A DNA stretch of 64,000 nucleotides from Camelus dromedarius (Eukaryota): contig NC_087472.1 of the NCBI RefSeq assembly GCF_036321535.1, positions 61,628,001 through 61,692,000 on the forward strand. Direction: 5' to 3'. The number at the start of each line of letters is the position of its first letter. Positions within the stretch are counted from its first letter, which is position 1. The position numbers were made by a program, and so were the translations under genes. Below, piece by piece: positions 23,721 to 35,559 of the stretch. The notes under the pieces were generated by a model. The model was not told where the DNA came from. It ran no database searches and saw only the letters and a program-made list of their open reading frames with translations.

Positions 23721-24499
23721 TCCATACTGGTGGCTCAGTGAATAGCCATTGGATGAATGGATAGCTGCGTGCATGTGTGAATGAATGACTAAAAGAGACA
23801 TCTGATGACGGGGGCCCACAAGCTCCCAGCAGCCTGATGCTAAGCATCCAGCCCTGCCAGGGCATCCTTCCAGAAGCAACGTAGCACAGGGAGCAAGCCC
23901 TGCCAGCCACCCACACCAACATCACCTCTTTCTTCCCTCTAGGCCTTTGCCATCTTTTCCAGTCACCCTCCACCTTCCCTTCTGCTCCTCCCCAGCCACT
24001 CCCCAGCCTACCAGCTCCTAGGTCTGCCTGCTTGCCAAAGTCCCCGTCTCCTCTTCCTTGCCTGCGTGCATGCTTACGTGTGCCCCAGGAAGCCCACGAG
24101 CTGTAAAACAAAGCAGAGAGCTGCCTCACCCATGTGCTGTGCCTTTGATGTCCCTTTCCTGGCAGCTGCGTGGCACTGAGCCACCCTTCACAGGCTTGGG
24201 TCCCTCAGGGCAGCTGCAAGTCAAGAAGCTGCACACATAAAGGCCCAGGCCAAGAGGAACATGGGACATCAGAAACCTGGCAAGCAGGAGACCTGGGAGG
24301 GACAGCCAGCCTGCTGGACGGTACCTGGGCATACCTGAATCCTCAGGATCCAGGGGTTTCTCACTCAGCAGCCTTGTGTCCAGGATGTCTCCAGGGACTA
24401 GCTGTTAAAATGATTCACGAATAACGACACCCTCCCCTCACATTGGTATAGCAATTTAAAGGTGATGAAACACTTTGGCATTCATTCACCTAAGCAATC

Positions 24500-24920
24500 C
24501 GCATTATGGCAGAGTTGGTAAAAGCTTTGGAGTCATGATGCCTGGGTTTGAATGCTGCTCCCTAGCAGAGACACATAGGGAAAGTCACTTTTACCCCCAG
24601 AACCTCAGTATCCACATCTTTAAAACAAGGATGATAATAACAATGCCCAGCTCCTAGGGCTACTGAGGGTGTAACTGAGCCAATCAGCGTGCTGTACACA
24701 GAGTGGTGGCTGCTAGGCGGACGTGTGCCATTTATCTAGTTTGTATATTGTGCCAGACATAGTGCTGAGTTCTTCCAGTCACGTGGTCTTTTCAACAATT
24801 CCGTGAAGGAGAAGAGGAAACAGGATTATGAAGGAGAAGTCACCTGGCCAGAGTCATAGAAGAAGTGGTAACATTGGGATTTGAACCCAAGTACATCTGT
24901 CACCAAAGCCTATGCTCTTT
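24500..24920. mobile_element. Two MIRs tail to tail (about 24500-24720 plus, about 24730-24920 minus)
   Basis: ctttggagtc..cctgggtttgaatgc..aacctcagtatccacatc and tcacctggccagagtcatag..gggatttgaacccaag. Confidence 0.7.
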
Positions 24921-25759
24921 TGGGGAATTGAAACTCCAAAAGAGATAGCACTCATCTGGGTTGGCAACCAGGCTAGTTCAACCTCCAATCTGTTTCACAA
25001 CCCCTTCAACATTGCCTTTGTCTCCTGGGTGAGACAGATCCAGGCATCTCCCATCACCCCACCTTCCCATCCGGTGCTACCACACCCAAATGGCCTGGAG
25101 GGGAGGGTGTTCTTCAAAGAAGATGGGATGCAGCTAAGTTTGAAGCTGGGCTCTGAGCAGAGGGACCCTGTTCCACATATCCACGTATTGGAATGTGAGG
25201 TGCCCAAGCGGGCAGGTGCCAGGCATACCTGCCTGCCTGCAGATACTGGTTATGTCTGGTCCATGCCGCCACTGGCCCACCTTGTTGGCCCCACAGATGC
25301 TTTTCCCATGACACGGGTTGGCACCTGACCCTCAGGAGGTGGGCTCCTGTTCACCATTCCTGGCTTAATTACCATGTGTCCTTGACTGGAATCACAAAGG
25401 CTGGGGGGAACTGCTCTTAAAGGCAAAAGCTGTGGAAACCAGAGGAGGAGGAGGAAGCAAAGAGTGGCTCCTTGGCCCCTCACCCTTCTTCCCATGGCTT
25501 GGGCTCCTTCTCTTCCCCACTTCCTGTCCCCTCTCTTGGCACACACCAGCCCTGCCCAGAGCTAGCATCACCTCTGAGCTCCACTGACCCCGCTGAAAGG
25601 GCTGAGAGCAGAGGTCCCTGTACCTCTGTTCCCTGAGGTCCTTCCACAAGCTGGGACAGACTGGCTGGGCCACAATGTTTAGGAAGGAGAACTTCTGAAG
25701 GGAGGAGGGAACACCGAGTGAGCCCTGATCATGCCCTGGGGGCTGGACACGTGGGCCTT

Positions 25760-25915
25760 GGTTTCCCCCATGTAATCCTCACAGCCCTGCAAGGCAGGTA
25801 TCATCGTCAACATTTTACAGAGGAAACAGCTGAGGTTAGGAGAGGCTAGTGATTCGCTGAGGGTCCGATAGACAGTAAGTGGTGGAGCCCGTGTTAAACT
25901 CAGGACCTGCTCCCA
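25760..25915 (-). mobile_element. MIR
   Basis: aatcctcacagccctgcaaggcagg..cattttacagaggaaacagctgagg. Confidence 0.75.
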
Positions 25916-27089
25916 AGCCAGCAGACGGTTCCCGCCGTGCAGCGGTTCTTGGTGGGATGGGGAACTCGGCCAACTTCAGCTTAGCCGAGCTTGAGGAATG
26001 AGGCACTCTGGACTTCAGGCTTTGCCTGAGAGCTGAGGTTTGATTCCCGTGAGTGTGCACTTTAAAAAAAAAAGATAACTCATTTTCAGTGGAAGTGTTT
26101 AGGAAACGTGTTCCTTATCTTCCTTGCCTCCCCCAACAGACTATAATCAAGCTCTTTCTGCAGCTTTGGGGAACGTCACCATTAATCTCCCGGCGTTATT
26201 AGCACAGTTTCTTTCCCCTGCACGAAATGGCCCCAGTATGTTTGCCATCTTTGAGCTCTTGTACTTGGTTTGGGGTTGTTTTGTGTTTTACTAGTTTTGC
26301 TGCCTACTCCCCTGCTGTCAGGCCATCAGCTCTCACTTCTTGACACTTTTAGTGTGCCTGCTTCCAGCGGCCCCTCTGCCCTCCTTTTGATTTACTGCTT
26401 GTAATTTGCTGTGGGCTTGGGAACCAGATAACCAAGCCCGTTAGAGTAAACAGGAGGGGAAACACGACAGAGGGTCCTCCTGCAGGTAACCGACCCAAGC
26501 TGTGGCACGGCAGCCAAGACCTCAAGGCATGGCCCCCAGCGCTCAGCCCTAAAGCCGGCAGCCCCACATCAATACCATCAGGGGCCCCCTTATCCTGACT
26601 TGCACCAGGGGTGACCTCCAGATGGGGGTGAGTCCAAGTCCAGCCCTTACTTAGCCTTAAACGGACAGGTCTCCCTGACCCTGGCCACACAATTGAGAGG
26701 CACATTCAAGACAGGAGGACGGCCAAATATTGCTGAACAGCAAAGTGTGATGTAATGGAGGGCCGTCCTGGCCTAGAGGCAGAGGGATGGGCAGGCCGGC
26801 CTCTGGAGACTTCTAGTATTCCTTTTTCTTACCCCTCTTCCAGAGGCCCTGCAGAAAATTCTGGATTAAGGAGGCTTTCTCTTTCAACCTCGTCCCTAGT
26901 CCTGCCCCGAGGGTGGGAGGACTCATTCCAGCGTCCATCACAGCATGAGGGACCACTGGAAGCTTCTGAGCCTGAGTAGGCTGGGCCCATCTCTGCCTCC
27001 ATTCAGGCCTGGTCTCTCATGCTCCTAGAGTTGCCCCCCACCCCCAAACTCTGGCAGGAAATGGGCCGAGCTGGTCTAGGCCTGGCTTG

Positions 27090-27720
27090 CCACCTCAGCA
27101 GTCCAAGGCCCTGCCTCTCTCCCGCCTCCCCAGCCTGGGGGAGGGAGGCGCCACCGNNNNNNNNNNNNNNNNNNNNNNNNNNNNNNNNNNNNNNNNNNNN
27201 NNNNNNNNNNNNNNNNNNNNNNNNNNNNNNNNNNNNNNNNNNNNNNNNNNNNNNNNNNNNNNNNNNNNNNNNNNNNNNNNNNNNNNNNNNNNNNNNNNNN
27301 NNNNNNNNNNNNNNNNNNNNNNNNNNNNNNNNNNNNNNNNNNNNNNNNNNNNNNNNNNNNNNNNNNNNNNNNNNNNNNNNNNNNNNNNNNNNNNNNNNNN
27401 NNNNNNNNNNNNNNNNNNNNNNNNNNNNNNNNNNNNNNNNNNNNNNNNNNNNNNNNNNNNNNNNAACACAGCCCGAACTGGGCTGCAGGGAGGGAGGGAG
27501 GGGGCAGTGCTGGAAGGGCAAGAGGGCGCCTCCAGCTCCTTGGGTCCTGAAGGTGGCAGCCTCCGGTCTCTTTTCCCAGAGGCCCGGAGTCCTGCCTGAG
27601 TCCCGGAAACTACCCTCTCCTGGGCTGGCCTCCCAAGCAGGAACCCGGAAAAGGCAACACCTGGTGTAGGGGGCGGGCCTGGTGGGCGTGGTAAGGCGAG
27701 AAGGTTGGCTGGCCCTTGAG
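27090..27720. promoter_or_regulatory. GC-rich promoter-like island split by an assembly gap (27157-27464)
   Basis: ETS CCGGAA at 27603 and 27645, GC box gggggcggg 27669-27677, KLF-type GGGCGTGG 27684-27691, CTCF-like aagagggcgc core. Confidence 0.45.
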
Positions 27721-29534
27721 CTGGACCAGAGGGAGGTCTCTGTTTCCCCGGTCATCTTATTCTATGTCAATCACCAGCCTAAGTGAACTTCTCCACCATA
27801 CCTGGCTAGCCCCCAGGGAAACAGGCCAAGAGGCTGGGGAGGGTCCAGGTTATTCGGGGTTTAATGCCTGCAGGGGGAATCAGAGTCAAGGGCAAGGAGG
27901 TTGGGGGAGGTGGTCGAAGAGTCCAGAGATGGTGGCTGGTGATAGCAGATAGTAGATGGAAGGGGAGGCTGGAGAACCAAGTGTTCTACAAGGTAACTTC
28001 AAGCTGGAAAAACTCTCTGACTCCAAGGGTTATGTACAGGAGTGAGGATGTGAACTGACTGCCAGACAGGACCTTTAACAAACTGAAGGTGAGCCTCCTT
28101 AGCGTAGGTCTCAGGGCCATAGTCTACCCATTGGAACACTTGCCAAGATCCCATCTGAGATGGAAGATTCTGGGCCAGGGCTGGCAAGCATGAGTGCCAG
28201 AGGACACCCATCTGGAGAAAACAAAAAGTGAAGCTCAGGCCTGGCAGTGAAGAAACCTCAGCAGAGCCACGATTTGCTGTGTGATCTTGGGCAAGTCTCT
28301 TGTCCTGTCTGGGCTGAAATGTACCCACTTATATCACGGTGGGGGAGGGGTGGGGGGAGTGGGGCAGGGTGTGGAATTTGAACCCAACCAATTCCTTTTA
28401 GCCTTAGAATAAATGGGTCTTACCAGCTAGAACATTCCAGGATTCCTAGGTCGGGTGTGCTCTGGGACAAGATTTACTGGGGCTGAAAAATGGAAATAGA
28501 AAGAAAGAAGGAAAACCCTCACTAGGTGCCATGGAACAGTCTAAGTGCTTTTTACAAAGCTCATTTAACCCTCACCACAGCTCTGCTGAGTGCTAACGCC
28601 TCCATTTTACAGATGAGGACATTGAGGACAGGTTAGCAGACAGACTCAAGCACCAAACTGACTATGAAACCAAAGACACTCACTCGGCCTTCTTTCTGGT
28701 TCCTTTCTCGAAATGGGGGACCCTGCCTCCCCCACCCCTTCCCAGGACTCTGTTCCCCTTAGTGGCTTTCTCACGCTGGGTGAAGGCTGCCCTGCCGAAG
28801 CCAGTCGGCCTCCTTGAAGTGCCCTTCACCTTCCTGCAATCCCTCCCTCCCTTCCCCTCCTCTCTAGGGGACCTGAGCCAGGCTCGGGTTTCTCCATTTC
28901 CAGGCTAAGGCTCCTGCCTTGCTCTGGGCTCACTGGAGAGATCTTGCTGACGTTGCACTTTCCGCCCACCCTGGGGCCCTGGGCTCTGAATGGACAGATG
29001 AGGAGTCCTGTCTGCCCTGCCATGGTGGGAAAGGCCGGGCTCTTGCCCTTGACCCCTTGTGAGAGAAAAGGCACCCCAGTCCCACTGAGCAGGCCTGACT
29101 TTGACCCCACAGCCCTCTCTAAGCAGATCTGCGGCAGGCACGTTACTGAGGGCACTGAAGGAGTCAGGGCTGAGATCTCAGTCCTCAGGGCTGTACGTAC
29201 AAATCAACTCTCAAAATCACCATGGAGTACTGACTCTGCCTGGCATCAGGCTAGTTTCTTCTTCAAGCTCTGTGTTTAGGAATCATAAAATTGCAAAGTG
29301 TTACAGCTAGATAGGCTCTTAGAAATCATTGAGGCCAAGGCCTTTTGGTTTTAGATGGGGCGCCTGAGGCCCAGAGAGGGCAAGGAGATGCTCAAAATAG
29401 CACAGCAAGACAGCCATGGTTCCTAACTCTTCCAGGTGACTGCTTTTCCCAGCTCAGCTCCCTGCGGGTCCTCCAGGGCCAGCTGTCTACCACCCTCTTT
29501 GGGGTGGCCCTGCTGAAGGCCCCACCCCTTGCCA

Positions 29535-29666
29535 NNNNNNNNNNNNNNNNNNNNNNNNNNNNNNNNNNNNNNNNNNNNNNNNNNNNNNNNNNNNNNNNNN
29601 NNNNNNNNNNNNNNNNNNNNNNNNNNNNNNNNNNNNNNNNNNNNNNNNNNNNNNNNNNNNNNNNNN
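29535..29666. other. Assembly gap
   Basis: N run. Confidence 1.
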
Positions 29667-29879
29667 AAAGCAGAGGCCAGGATGATGTTGGGACTGAAAC
29701 TGTGCCACTAGGGTGGGAGGAGCATTCCAAGGCATTAGTGTGCCCACTTTTCCCTGTCTTAGAGCCTCAAGCCTACCCCTTGTATGCTCTGCTTGAAAGG
29801 ATGGGAGAGGCTGATGGAAAACCCTCAAGCTTAACTGTTTGGGTTTCTAACGATGCTCGAAGCACTCCGGCAAAGTCAC

Positions 29880-30270
29880 TAGCCCATCCCCAGACTTCTA
29901 GGCCGCACCTGTCTCCTTGGCGTGTCCAAAGCCCAACCAGGCACCCCCTCCCACCCAGTTTTCCAGACCACAGCTGCTACCTGGCGAGCCAGGCGTGGTG
30001 GCCACAAGGGGGCACTGGCGCTCCGCAGCTCGGCTGGGCTCCGAGGCGCGCGTTCTCCCTGGCTTGGGGTGGGGGGCAGCAGGAGTTTGCGCCGGGCTCC
30101 CCCCACTCCTGGCACCCTCCCATTTCCTCTTGGAAGCCTCCCTAATCCTCTTCTGCTGAGGGTCACATCCCTGGGCCCAGGGACGAGGTGTTTCATTTTC
30201 AATTCGCCCCCGCTGCCCCTTGGGAAGCTCCATGAACGTGGGGAGGGGAGACCCCTGGGCCGCAGCCCTC
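29880..30270. promoter_or_regulatory. CpG-rich island with a strong CTCF motif
   Basis: TGGCCACAAGGGGGCACTG at 29999-30017 matches the CTCF core TGGCCACCAGGGGGCGCTA at 16 of 19 positions; many retained CpGs. Confidence 0.65.
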
Positions 30271-30349
30271 TCTTCTGCCCCTCTGCAGACCCAGTCTCCT
30301 TGCTGCTCCCTTTGGCTTGCCTGATTTTGGGGCGGGGGTATGGTTCTCG

Positions 30350-30590
30350 CTCCTACCTGCCTGCCCTCCATTCTCTTCCTGGACTGCCTTCTCCTTTCTC
30401 ACAGTCCTTGTTCCAATCTCTTCTTCGTGGTTTGGCCTTCTCTCCTTTCTGCTTTATCAACTTTCAGCTTTTCCTCCTTCCTCCTTTCCTCCCCCTCCTT
30501 CTCTCCCAGGACCTCTTCCTCTCTCCTCCCTTCTCCCCCAGCCTCCACTCTTCCCTTTCCCTTCTCCCATCTCTCCCTCTGCCCTTGCTC
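30350..30590. repeat. Long polypyrimidine (CT-rich) low-complexity tract
   Basis: Directly visible. Confidence 0.85.
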
Positions 30591-32164
30591 CGTGGTGGCC
30601 TCTCATGGCGTGGGCCTAGGTCCCAGCACGGCCTCTGCGGGCTGAGATGGGGAGTCGGGGGCAGGGGTGGGGGTGGCAATGGCTGCTGGAATCTGGGAGT
30701 GGAAGAGGCTCTGGGTCAGAAACTCCTCAGTTCACTTAGCAAATGCAGCCGCTGGGGGTAGGGGTGGGGGAAGATTTGGAATCCAGAGAGTGGGGCCTGC
30801 TCTGAGCTCTGGCCCTGACTGGCTTTGGAGCCCTGACTGTCCGTGTGGCCTTTCGCATAGGCTCCCTGGTCTTCAGTGGGCCCCTGAAGACAATGGTATT
30901 GCTGGATTTCTGAGGACTCTCCCAGCTTGGATTTTTTTTTTCATTTGTTAGCAGTGACTGTCAATTCCTGAAGGGAGGCCTGAGCACATCCCAGATTCCC
31001 CCCTGTCCTTGCCACTCCCCTCCTTTAGAATGCTAGGGACCCTTGGTGTGACAGATGGGGCTCTGCCAGGGTCTGTGGGTGGCACCGGGAGACTGGAACT
31101 GGGGTTGGGCGAGGGAGCAAACATCAGCAGGCTGGAATCTGTCTGGCATGCTTGCTCACTGAATCTGGGGGGCCTGGGAAGCTCTTGGGGCAAATAATTG
31201 TAGAAAGTCAATGCTGGAAGAGGTCGGGGCAGAGGCAACTCAAACATAAATTATGGCCCATTCCACCCTGAGCTCTAATCCTGAGGTACAAACCCAAGGT
31301 GCAAGACCTGCCTTCCAGAATCCAACCTCCCTGTGGTACAAACAAGGAAGCCAAGGTCCAAAGAGGGGCAAAGACTTGCCCAAGTAGATGCAGCAAGGTG
31401 GTGGCAAGCTGAGGTTAGGCCCGAAGGCTCTGGCCTCCCAGCCAGGAGAGCCCTGGGGCTTTAAGGTTGTGGATATGGAGGTGAAGTGGAGGGAGCTGGG
31501 GCTGGGGTTTGAGGCTGCAGTGGGTAGGGCTGGGTTGCCTGCTCCCACCTTTTGTGATGGGCACATGCCCATCTTAGGAGTGAGGCAGACCTGGGGCAGG
31601 CGGTGGGCCCGCCACAGCTGGAGGGTAGCACCCCCACCTGACAGTGTGATTTATCACGTTCTCCCTTTCTCCCCTCAGCCCCCAACCTTCTTGCAGACCC
31701 TAGAGAGGGCCCAGCCTGACTTCGAGGCGATTCACCTGTTTTTGATTTGAGACTCAGGTGGACGTTTCTTTCTTCTCATCAAAGAAGTGGTGAGGGGGAG
31801 GCAGGGCCCCATCCATCACCCCAGCCTCTCAGCAGTCTCGGGGAGGGGGAGCAGAGGGGGGAGGGAAAATCCCAGGGATCTCGAAGCCTCCTCAATTCCC
31901 AAAGGGAACCTCCCAGACAGCGAGGCCGGGCATTACTGGCCCAGACATTTAGATCTTGGCCACAAATGCTCAGGAGAAACCGCCTAGTGCTTCCTCCATT
32001 GGTACTCTGGGTCTCTGGAGGTCCTACAGCCAATTTTTCTTTCCCAGTCCCTGCTGCCTGGGGTTGGAGGGAGGAGGGTCTGGAAGGGGCTTGGGCCCCA
32101 AACAAAGGCAGAACAAATATTTAGCACCCAGGGAAAGAGAGGGAGAGGGGAGGGAATTAATTTT

Positions 32165-32345
32165 GTTTTTATCTCCTACTCTGTGCCAGACCCTGTTCAA
32201 CATGTTGTCTGTGTCATTTAACCCTCCCCACACTGCTCCATCCTCCAGAGAAGGAAACTGAGGCTCAGAGGGGGGAAGGGATTGAGCCAGGGTCAAATCA
32301 CAAGGGATTAAGCAGTGGGGGCCAGGTTCAAGGTCACAGCTGTTT
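32165..32345 (-). mobile_element. MIR
   Basis: ctactctgtgccagac..gaaggaaactgaggctcagagggg. Confidence 0.75.
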
Positions 32346-33559
32346 GGTTCCAAAGAGAAGGCAGAGGAGTGAGGTAAGGTATCTGGATGCTGGCCCCGCC
32401 AGAAAAGGGATGAGCTGTGGCACCAAGCTCCTATCCCGCCCCGACACATGCTCCTGTGGGCTTTAGCTCAAGGCCACCGCTAATCCACAGGGAGTCGTTG
32501 GGGTGATTAGAAGAAAGCCTGTGAATGACCCAGCCCCAGGGCTGGCCACAAGGCCTGATGCTAGGAGCAGGGCTGAATCTGAACCTCCCTCTCTTCACCT
32601 GTGCCGGTCCCCCTTGAGCAGGGCTCAGCCTACACAACAATCTGCCACAGCCCTGCTCAGGATGAACTTTTGTTTAGAGGGGACTGAGCAAACCCAGGTC
32701 TGAAAGGGGAAGTGAGTGGCCTGATAGGCTTGACAGCAGCACACCATGATGCCCAATTCTCCTCCTCCTTCTCCCTCTTCCTGAACGTTCTCATCATCAC
32801 CATCATCACCACCGTCTTCTCAGGCATCCTCATGATACTACAATTACTAATAACAGGGGCTCCATTGCAGCTCAGTCTGTTTGAAATTCTTGTCCTGAAG
32901 CAACCCATTTTCTCCCTGCTGGACTCTTTCCTCCTCATTACACCCCTCTCAGTTTTCAGCTTACAGAAGCCCATCCCCCTGGGGAAACGTGTTTGTAGCC
33001 CAGCCAGCTGGGCCATGGCCCTGGGTGGCGTGGCCTGGGGAGATCTGGGAGAGATAGAGGGAGCAGGGACACTGTGTGGGCTCAGGTATGCTGGCTTAGT
33101 TGCTGTGTGGCTTTGGGCAAACTATTCACCTCTCTGGGCCCAGCTCCCCATCCTCATGATACCAGTGGTCATCTCCAGCCTGACCTATAGGGGTACTAAA
33201 ATCTCTGAGTCCAGCAGTCCTGCTCCTGTCTAGGTACCAAGTGAGGAGAACAAAGCACCTCTTGGGTCCCTCTTTGGGGCTTCCAGCCAGGCGGGACAGC
33301 AAAGGCAAGCTGGGCGAATGGAAAGCAAATCCCGGTTTTGCTGCTTCCCAGCTATGTGACCAGGGGCCGATCACTTCCCATCTCTGAACTTCAGTGTTTT
33401 CAACTGATCAATGAAGAACAATGTATCTTCCCTCCAAGGAAAGGGTGCTGTGCAGAATCAATAAAATAACGGGTGTAACTAGGACCTGTACAGTGATTCA
33501 GGCAGTAGGCATTCATTCATTCATTCAACAAACACTCCTTTAGTATTTACTAAGGCAAG

Positions 33560-33790
33560 TGGGATAGTGTAGTAAGAGTTCAGGCTCTGAAGCCAGACTA
33601 CCTGGGTTCAAAACTCAGTTCTACCTTTTACTACCTGTGTGACCCCAGTTGAGTGACTTAACCTCTCTGTGCTCCAGTTACCCCATCTCTAAAAAGGGGC
33701 ACCTACTTTGTAGGGCTGTTGTAAGCATTAAATGAGTTAAATTCATCCATGTAAAGAATTTACTGCTTGGCAGTAATCTACAGTCGGAGC
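33560..33790 (+). mobile_element. MIR, near full length
   Basis: ggctctgaagccagactacctgggttcaaaactc..gtgacttaacctctctgtgctccag..gcattaaatgagttaa. Confidence 0.85.
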
Positions 33791-33999
33791 TCCTGAAATG
33801 TCATGACACGGTTCTAAATTCTGGGGTCCAGCGGGCCCAAGATGGATGAAGTCTCCACTGGTATGGAGCAGTCAATAAAGTTTGGTTCCTTTCCCTCTTC
33901 CTATCGTTTTCCCCTGTGCGGGGAATAAAGGAATGTCTTGGATGCCTCCTACTCAAAATCATTCTTTGCTCCCTCCCATCTTCCAATAATCCATAAATA

Positions 34000-34330
34000 T
34001 TAAACAAATATTCACACATGCAATGAAGATTCATTGAGTGCCTTGTCTAGCTCGATGATGCTAGATGCTGAGGCTGTAGACATGAATATGACTCAGCCTT
34101 CATTCACTAGAGGTGCTCAGTCTATGAGAGAAAGAGAGAGAGGGAGAGACAGACAGAGAGGGAGAGAGAGACAGAGAGAGAGAGACAGAGGGAGAGAGAC
34201 AGAGAGAAAGAGAGATTTTCCTAGGGCCAAGGGGGGAAACTTCACAGAGGAAGCAGCTTTACATTCTGAGATATTCCAGACAGAAGGAAGAGCATGAGCA
34301 AGGGCACAAAGGTGCTGTGACCTGACCACC
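34000..34330 (-). mobile_element. L2 fragment containing a GA/GACA purine microsatellite (about 34125-34215)
   Basis: attcattgagtgcc..ctagatgctgagg..aacttcacagaggaagcagc. Confidence 0.6.
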
Positions 34331-34840
34331 AGCCCAGCGTGGCCGGGGCACCAGCGGATGAGGAGGGACGCTTCTGATCTCTCTAAAGCACTCTTTGCCG
34401 GGCTTCTGCCCCAAGCCAGGCCCTGTGCTTGGTTTTCTCTACATGTTCCCTCATCATGAGGGAGGGGATGCTCACCTGCATCTGACACTGGAAGAAACAG
34501 ACTCAGAGTGATAAAGGGACATGCTCAGGGCCACCCACCTAGCAAATGGCAAAAGTGAGGTAGGCCCCCCAACTCTGTCCCTTCTCTCAATACTCCTCTG
34601 CTGTCTATATATGGCATATCCGCCAGTGTGCTGATTTGCTCCAGGTAGCTGTGTGCGTGGAAGCCAGGGACGCTGAGGAGGGGATGCCGAGGAGGGGATG
34701 CCTGAGGGTCTGGGCCCACTGTGATGAGCCTGTGCCTCCCTGCCCCGTCCTGGGGACATGTGGGCAGCAGGAAATAGCAAGGCTTACTTGAGCCTATGTA
34801 TCTCTCCTCCCCAGGAACTCACTATAAGGAAGACAGAGCC

Positions 34841-35061
34841 NNNNNNNNNNNNNNNNNNNNNNNNNNNNNNNNNNNNNNNNNNNNNNNNNNNNNNNNNNNN
34901 NNNNNNNNNNNNNNNNNNNNNNNNNNNNNNNNNNNNNNNNNNNNNNNNNNNNNNNNNNNNNNNNNNNNNNNNNNNNNNNNNNNNNNNNNNNNNNNNNNNN
35001 NNNNNNNNNNNNNNNNNNNNNNNNNNNNNNNNNNNNNNNNNNNNNNNNNNNNNNNNNNNNN
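34841..35061. other. Assembly gap
   Basis: N run. Confidence 1.
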
Positions 35062-35284
35062 ATCCAAACTTTGGGGGGTGGTTTGTTTGGAAGTCTCAGC
35101 TTCTGGGAATTTCAGTGGGTAAACTATGGGCCTGGGGTGGCCGGGAACAGACCCGAGGAGTGTGGGTGTGGGCGGCTGGTGGGTCTGCCTGCAGGACCCA
35201 GAAGGCCCAGCATCTCAGGGTACAACCATCGGGAAGGTGCTGCATTAGTTCATCGGGAAGGTGCTGATGAATTCATCCATCCAT

Positions 35285-35545
35285 CAAAGGAAGTAGTGGT
35301 GAACAAACATTACTGGACACCAACCATGTGCTATGTATTCCAAAGCGGGGCTTTACCGTTCAGTCCCGCCTTTAACATTCACTGTAATCCTGAATGGGAG
35401 CAAGTACTGTTTTTCACCCCCAGTAAGCTGAGGAAAATCAAGTCTCAGAGTGGGAAGGTAAGTTGCTCAAGGGCACCAGCTGGAAAGAACCAAAACAGGA
35501 CTTTAAGCCCAGGTGTCTCTGACTCCAAAGCCATGTTCTTTCCAT
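35285..35545 (-). mobile_element. MIR
   Basis: aacaaacattactggacaccaaccatgtgc..taagctgaggaaaatcaag..ccaggtgtctctgactccaaagcc. Confidence 0.75.
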
Positions 35546-35559
35546 TGCACCTCACTACC

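Noticed and set aside
27003-27755. Long ORFs spanning N gaps (also about 20.5, 29.4, 34.8 and 62.4 kb)
   Set aside because: They are artefacts of translating through N runs.
29922-30761. 279-aa ORF, the longest in the track
   Set aside because: It arises from the stop-poor CpG island and polypyrimidine tract (Leu/Ser/Pro/Phe-rich), with no homology or codon pattern.
32712-33233. 173-aa hydrophobic ORF resembling a membrane protein
   Set aside because: It starts at GTG, its hydrophobicity comes from degenerate (CAT/CAC/CTC)n low-complexity sequence, its 3' part runs into a MIR, and I recognise no family.
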